From the IMG/VR virus record IMGVR_UViG_3300042878_001023, positions 32,001 to 96,000 of that record: a stretch of 64,000 nucleotides of DNA. One strand, written 5' to 3'. Shown here piece after piece: positions 59,739 to 64,000 of the stretch (its first letter is position 1; each line of letters begins with the position of its first letter). Both the position numbers and the translations under genes were made by a program. The notes under the pieces were generated by a model that was not told where the DNA came from, did no database searches, and worked only from the letters and a program-made list of their open reading frames with translations. The stretch is from a virus. Lineage: Duplodnaviria > Caudoviricetes.

Positions 59739-60521
59739 TTAAAGTCTTACACCTTCTATGGCAAATGTTGTTTGATTATAATACAAATAAGTACCTCCGG
59801 CTCTAGCTCCGTTAGGTACAGTAATCGCTGTTGTTGCGGCTGCTCTATTTGTATAAGATGCAAATGATGTATTAGAAAAAACTGTTTGTCCTGATAGTGT
59901 TCCTGTTCTATGAGCTTGATATCCAAAAGCATTTACATTATTGCCAGTTGACTGTGCTCCTGCTTCTTGACCAAAGAAATTTGACCTGAAAGTACCGCTT
60001 GATTCATTCCCAGCAAAGTAACCTATAAAATTTGATGAATATGCATTTGATGCTCCTTGACCAGCGGAACCTCCAATAAAGTTTGACCAATATGCATTAT
60101 TTGTTAATTTTCCTGCAGTGTTTCCTATAAAATTTGATTGAGACGAATTAGTTGCATTTTCGCCAGCCATTCTACCAATAAAGTTATTTGCTGCACCAGA
60201 AGAATTCTTACCAGCATTGAAACCTATAAAGTTAGATATTTCAGCAGTTGTTGCATTTGAACCTGCTTCTAATCCAAATGCTATATTATCAAGAGGACCA
60301 ACTGGTCCAGCTGCTGGATTTGTAGAATACAAGGAAGTACCATTAACAGCTATCACTGATGGTGATAACGCTAAAAAGTCAGTTACTGATATAGCACCAG
60401 CTAAGTATCCATCATCCCTTTTAGGATCTTTAAATCCTAATGGTACTAATGTATTTGCTCCATCTACAGTAGAAACTGTTCTACCGTTTTTTGTCCATGA
60501 TATAAAATTTAAAATATCCAT
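59739..60521 (-). CDS. Fibre protein with YadA-head-like SNFIGxxAG repeats
   Basis: About seven 13-14-aa N[FA][IF]G..AG repeats. Confidence 0.7.
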   Translation of the reverse strand: MDILNFISWTKNGRTVSTVDGANTLVPLGFKDPKRDDGYLAGAISVTDFLALSPSVIAVNGTSLYSTNPAAGPVGPLDNIAFGLEAGSNATTAEISNFIGFNAGKNSSGAANNFIGRMAGENATNSSQSNFIGNTAGKLTNNAYWSNFIGGSAGQGASNAYSSNFIGYFAGNESSGTFRSNFFGQEAGAQSTGNNVNAFGYQAHRTGTLSGQTVFSNTSFASYTNRAAATTAITVPNGARAGGTYLYYNQTTFAIEGVRL

Positions 60522-60534
60522 TTTTTTATTTTTA

Positions 60535-61425
60535 TTATGCTAATAAAATTTTTCTTGCTACACCATTGATTATAACAGTCCATGTTCTTGTTGATGCTAC
60601 AGTTTCAGTTGTTACAGCACCTGCATTATAAAATGCACTACCTATTACAAATTGATTTGATGCAGTAGCTGTTGCGCCACGTCCTAAAATTGTAGAATTA
60701 CTAAAATTTCCAGTTGATGATCCGGCCCCTATACAAGTATTACTATTACCTGTTGTATTATAAATTGCTGCACTATGACCAACTGCGGTATTAAATAATG
60801 CTGTTGTGTTATCCTTTAAAGCATCTTTACCTATAGCAGTATTAGCAACCCCAGTAGTATTCTGTCTTAAAGCATTCTCACCAAATGCTATATTATTACC
60901 ACCTGATGTATTATTTTGCAAGGTAAAATGTCCAACACTAGTGCTTTCACCACCATTGTTGTTTGTTATTAGCATAGAATAATTTCCTATTGCAATATTA
61001 TTACCACAAGAAGCAAAAAGCATTGTTTCAAGACCAATTGCAATATTACCACTAGCTGATGAACCGTATCTTAATGTTGAATAACCAATAGCAATGTTGT
61101 TACCTGCAGTATTAGCACTTAATGTATATGCACCTAATGCAGTGTTATTAGTACTAGTTATAGTATTTAAACAAGATTCAAAACCTATTGCAGTATTACT
61201 CATACCAGTAGTAACATTTTTTAATGCATCTGCTCCATAAGGAGTGTTATTATTTGTAAATGACGGGGTGACCTGTAATTTTAAATCTCCAAAAGTTACA
61301 CCAAGAATATTACCTTGTAAGCTGCTACCTATTGATAAAGGTAACACAGCATTATCTGGTACTGTTGTTACTATATTGGGGGCCGTTAAAGGATACCCAA
61401 AATTTATTTGTCCTAAAAAACTCAT
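60535..61425 (-). CDS. Fibre protein with YadA-head-like NxAIG repeats
   Basis: More than ten N[TI]A[IVLF]G-type repeats; C-terminal VIINGVARKILLA. Confidence 0.7.
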   Translation of the reverse strand: MSFLGQINFGYPLTAPNIVTTVPDNAVLPLSIGSSLQGNILGVTFGDLKLQVTPSFTNNNTPYGADALKNVTTGMSNTAIGFESCLNTITSTNNTALGAYTLSANTAGNNIAIGYSTLRYGSSASGNIAIGLETMLFASCGNNIAIGNYSMLITNNNGGESTSVGHFTLQNNTSGGNNIAFGENALRQNTTGVANTAIGKDALKDNTTALFNTAVGHSAAIYNTTGNSNTCIGAGSSTGNFSNSTILGRGATATASNQFVIGSAFYNAGAVTTETVASTRTWTVIINGVARKILLA

Positions 61426-61435
61426 ATCTATATTT

Positions 61436-61654
61436 TTAAAATTCTGAAGGTGTACCTAGTACAACTTCTAATGATTCATCATATGCAATATAGTAAAATA
61501 TATTGTTTTCATCTTCTGCGTTAGGAAAGTACTGGGTCCATGTTATTGTCACCGGATCATCTTCACGCGGGTATTCATAATGAGTATTTACTAAAGCAAC
61601 TGCATCAATAGCATCTTGTTCTAATGTGTATCTATATCCTATCATATTTTCCAA
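61436..61654 (-). CDS. Small acidic hypothetical protein (72 aa)
   Basis: Packed in the fibre operon. Confidence 0.55.
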   Translation of the reverse strand: MENMIGYRYTLEQDAIDAVALVNTHYEYPREDDPVTITWTQYFPNAEDENNIFYYIAYDESLEVVLGTPSEF

Positions 61655-62535
61655 TAATTAATTAAACTACCTGCTATAACATTAGTATCATTTGTGTAGT
61701 CATTATTATTAGCAATAACTATTGATGATATACCTCCTTTTAAAGATCTTGTTAAACTGACAGCACTTGTTCTGTAGGATATCCCTACATAAAAACCACC
61801 TGTATTAAATTGAGATGCTGGATAACTATGTGCAGCAGAATTTTCTATACCTGTATTTCTATTCACAAAAGTTATAGCACCAGAATTTCTTATAGTAGTT
61901 ACATTATGAGGACATACCCCAGCAGGACTTGTTGATCCAGCAATATTTACAAAAACATTTGTACCACCTGTTGTCAACTGTGTATTAAATCCTGTTCCTG
62001 CTTTTCTAGTATTTAAGTTTCCAGAATTGGTTTGATTAAAATCATTTCCTGTTAGTGGAGCGTATGTTATAACACCTGCATTATCAACAGCTGTAGTTTC
62101 TTCAAACACAACAAACTGAACTCTTTGATCAAGTCTTGTTAAACCTACTGTTAAATTTTGAAAATATTGATTACCAGCAAATCTAATTATAGGTCTACCA
62201 TTTTTAGTGTTTAACACACCTGCTGTAACAATGGTTGGTTGGTTAGTACCAGATGGTTGTGTTAAATTAATACCTCCTTTCTGTCCGTAAAAAGTAGTAA
62301 CAAAACCTGTGTTTGCACCAATAAATGTTAGTATTGCAGCAGTATTTAAATCACCATTAGCATCAAATCCAAAGTTTTGTATAACACCATCACTAGATCT
62401 TCTTACAGCAAGACAATTACCACCGGCATAAGCTGTGTTTTCTAATTTTAATGACCATACATAATTAAAGTTAGGATAAACATCTAGTATCCTAACCGGG
62501 TCATTCAATAATGTTGAATCAATTACATAGCTCAT
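61642..62535 (-). CDS. Concanavalin A-like / arabinofuranosidase-B-catalytic-like domain protein (receptor-binding candidate)
   Basis: WSLKL...AYAG...VRRSSDG...FGFDANGDL...GFVTTFYGQ N-terminal signature. Confidence 0.55.
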   Translation of the reverse strand: MSYVIDSTLLNDPVRILDVYPNFNYVWSLKLENTAYAGGNCLAVRRSSDGVIQNFGFDANGDLNTAAILTFIGANTGFVTTFYGQKGGINLTQPSGTNQPTIVTAGVLNTKNGRPIIRFAGNQYFQNLTVGLTRLDQRVQFVVFEETTAVDNAGVITYAPLTGNDFNQTNSGNLNTRKAGTGFNTQLTTGGTNVFVNIAGSTSPAGVCPHNVTTIRNSGAITFVNRNTGIENSAAHSYPASQFNTGGFYVGISYRTSAVSLTRSLKGGISSIVIANNNDYTNDTNVIAGSLINYWKI

Positions 62536-62537
62536 AA

Positions 62538-63026
62538 CTAAATGGTTTCACCAATTAAATAAATTTTTAAACCTTTTGGTGGTGTAGTAGCAACAGTAGT
62601 TATATTAATTCCAATAGAATTACCTTTTGCAAAATTTATTGGAGATCCTAATGTATTATATTGAATAAGACTTGAAGCTAAACTATAAACATTAGCTGTT
62701 GCTCCATTTTTCCTAACCGTTACATTTAAAGTTGTTACACCAGAACCAACAGAAGCTAAAGAATAACCAATTTCTTTTACTTTAAAATCGCGTGGTGCAT
62801 AAATTATAATTTTATTAACAGCTGTTATAACAGATTCTCCTTCACCAGTTACAGCAAAGTTTAAATCATAAGGAAGTTGTTTTTTAAACTCTCCTACTTC
62901 AATACCAACAACACCTCTTTGTATACCATTTGTGGTTCCAATAGGAATAATATCGGTATCTAAAAGACTACTTACTAAATTATCTTTAGTAATAGTTGTT
63001 GCAAAATTGATTGCTGTAAGTATCAT
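62538..63026 (-). CDS. Beta-rich structural protein (162 aa)
   Basis: C-terminal beta-sandwich-like ...KGLKIYLIG. Confidence 0.5.
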   Translation of the reverse strand: MILTAINFATTITKDNLVSSLLDTDIIPIGTTNGIQRGVVGIEVGEFKKQLPYDLNFAVTGEGESVITAVNKIIIYAPRDFKVKEIGYSLASVGSGVTTLNVTVRKNGATANVYSLASSLIQYNTLGSPINFAKGNSIGINITTVATTPPKGLKIYLIGETI

Positions 63027-63028
63027 AA

Positions 63029-63235
63029 TTAATAAACTATAAACAACTGTCCTGTTGTAGTTCTGTAAAAATCTCCAGCTTTTAAACCACCAGCTAATGC
63101 TGCTGTATTATTAGCATATACATTGTTGTTACATTGTTCCAATATAAAATTCATGTGTCCAAATTTTATCAAAGACATTTCTGCTTCGTTATTTAAATAT
63201 GGATCTGGAGATTGAGGTATAAATTGTTTTGGCAT
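63029..63235 (-). CDS. Small structural protein (68 aa)
   Basis: YANNTAALAGGLKAGDFYRT motif, related to the C-terminal YTNRAAA...GGTYLY of the 59739 protein. Confidence 0.6.
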   Translation of the reverse strand: MPKQFIPQSPDPYLNNEAEMSLIKFGHMNFILEQCNNNVYANNTAALAGGLKAGDFYRTTTGQLFIVY

Positions 63236-63261
63236 GTTTTCTAAATTTTAAAGGTTACATG

Positions 63262-63270
63262 ATAATATAC
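63262..63270 (-). promoter_or_regulatory. Putative late promoter GTATATTAT
   Basis: Between a terminator and ATG 63235. Confidence 0.55.
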
Positions 63271-63284
63271 AAAAAATTTTGCAC

Positions 63285-63317
63285 AAAAAAAAGCCTTTGG
63301 AATAATTACCAAAGGCT
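63285..63317 (-). terminator. Rho-independent terminator
   Basis: agcctttgg-aataatta-ccaaaggct perfect 9-bp stem (63292-63317) followed by a T run on the minus strand. Confidence 0.8.
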
Positions 63318-63338
63318 CAACATAAACAAATAATATTA

Positions 63339-63530
63339 TTACATAAATAATCCTAACAGAAATGCAATAGCTAACATCAACACTAATATACCATTTGCAT
63401 TTTTAATAGATTCTTCATCTTCTTGCCAAACATTATACATTCGGTTAAACTTAGGTTTCCTTATCTTATCTTGTACTTGAAACATTACAAATAATAAAAG
63501 TAATGTTAATGTGTAGATTGCATATTTCAT
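63339..63530 (-). CDS. Small membrane protein (2 TM, 63 aa)
   Basis: Two hydrophobic segments; ATGA overlap. Confidence 0.6.
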   Translation of the reverse strand: MKYAIYTLTLLLLFVMFQVQDKIRKPKFNRMYNVWQEDEESIKNANGILVLMLAIAFLLGLFM

Positions 63531-63868
63531 AAACTATCAATTCTTCTTCGCAAATATACTAAAGCTTTTTCTAAATCTTCTTTTGTTTTTGCAGGATCTT
63601 TTTTACCAGCACGAGCAATATACTTAATAACATTACCAAGATAAAAGTCTTTGTCCAGATTCCAAGCTTCCAATACATTAAATACCTCATACGCATTCCC
63701 AGCTCCACCATAATATACAGGCCTTACAGCATGTAACTTATCACATAGTAAGTTTTTTCCTGTTTGATTTGGTTCATATACGGCACCTACTGTAGGAGTG
63801 TTTGCTTCTTTCATTCTTTCCTTTAGTATTTGGTTTCTTGTATTAATCTTATATTCTTCGTAGTCCAT
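63527..63868 (-). CDS. DUF3310 (SaV / T7 gp1.7-like) protein
   Basis: PVYY...EVFNVLEAW...FYLGNVIKYIARAGKKD...EDLEKALVYL. Confidence 0.8.
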   Translation of the reverse strand: MDYEEYKINTRNQILKERMKEANTPTVGAVYEPNQTGKNLLCDKLHAVRPVYYGGAGNAYEVFNVLEAWNLDKDFYLGNVIKYIARAGKKDPAKTKEDLEKALVYLRRRIDSL

Positions 63869-63870
63869 AC

Positions 63871-64000
63871 TTAGTATTTAAAAGCAATGTCAAACTCTTT
63901 TACTAACAACTTCATCTCTTCACCTACTATGATTTTTTCAGCAGATTCTAATCCAAAAGCTTGTACATATACTTTGTCACCCACTTGAACTTTTTCTACT
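63871..64000 (-). CDS. GroES-like co-chaperonin, C-terminal fragment (5' end outside window)
   Basis: Hand translation VEKVQVGDKVYVQAFGLESAEKIIVGEEMKLLVKEFDIAFKY*, matching V.VGD.V...GE..LL..E.DI. Confidence 0.65.
   Translation of the reverse strand, partial: VEKVQVGDKVYVQAFGLESAEKIIVGEEMKLLVKEFDIAFKY

Noticed and set aside
59739-61425. Bacterial trimeric autotransporter adhesins, implying host DNA
   Set aside because: YadA-like repeats are present but there is no signal peptide or C-terminal beta-barrel anchor; context is a phage fibre operon.
120-61447. All plus-strand ORFs in the track and short nested minus-strand ORFs (16796, 19667, 49365)
   Set aside because: They lie antisense to or out of frame within long, motif-bearing minus-strand genes and have the F/L/S/I-rich composition of shadow ORFs.
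1-64000. Stop-codon reassignment (TAG or TGA) as in some crAss-like phages
   Set aside because: Genes are full length and densely packed under code 11; TAG and TGA end genes at sensible, coupled junctions; no suppressor tRNA seen.
1-64000. CRISPR array, tRNA, rRNA, diversity-generating retroelement, invertible cassette
   Set aside because: No regularly spaced repeats, cloverleafs, reverse transcriptase, adenine-specific TR/VR pair or recombinase seen by eye; intergenic gaps are mostly under 130 nt. A tRNAscan/Infernal run was not possible.

Overview
AT-rich window in which essentially all real genes are on the minus strand. It is the late (virion-assembly) region of a crAss-like, podovirus-type Bacteroidetes phage read in the standard genetic code. 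From high to low coordinates: a partial GroES-like gene, a DUF3310-type gene, a block of fibre/decoration proteins, a lysis-like cassette, HU/IHF-like and PD-(D/E)XK genes, terminase large subunit with an Ala-initiated class 3 LAGLIDADG intein, portal, a GIY-YIG homing endonuclease, scaffold, major capsid protein, a cluster of small basic proteins, a Dps/ferritin-like gene, Cys-rich tail/fibre proteins, ring and muzzle proteins, and large cargo/ejection proteins ending in a >1,800-aa ORF that runs off the window. The most notable unexplained signals are: (i) about 20 copies of a [MFYAK]-[QKR]-x-G-G peptide concentrated in putative internal/cargo proteins and sitting at domain boundaries; (ii) a cargo protein carrying an R-S-E ADP-ribosyltransferase-like domain between two copies of a ~25-aa acidic module that also caps the neighbouring cargo protein; (iii) a repeated terminator-plus-TATATT(A/T) promoter cassette; (iv) a 3'-UTR hairpin whose loop is complementary to a leader shared by two head genes. 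All family assignments come from motif recognition and gene order by eye, not from database searches.
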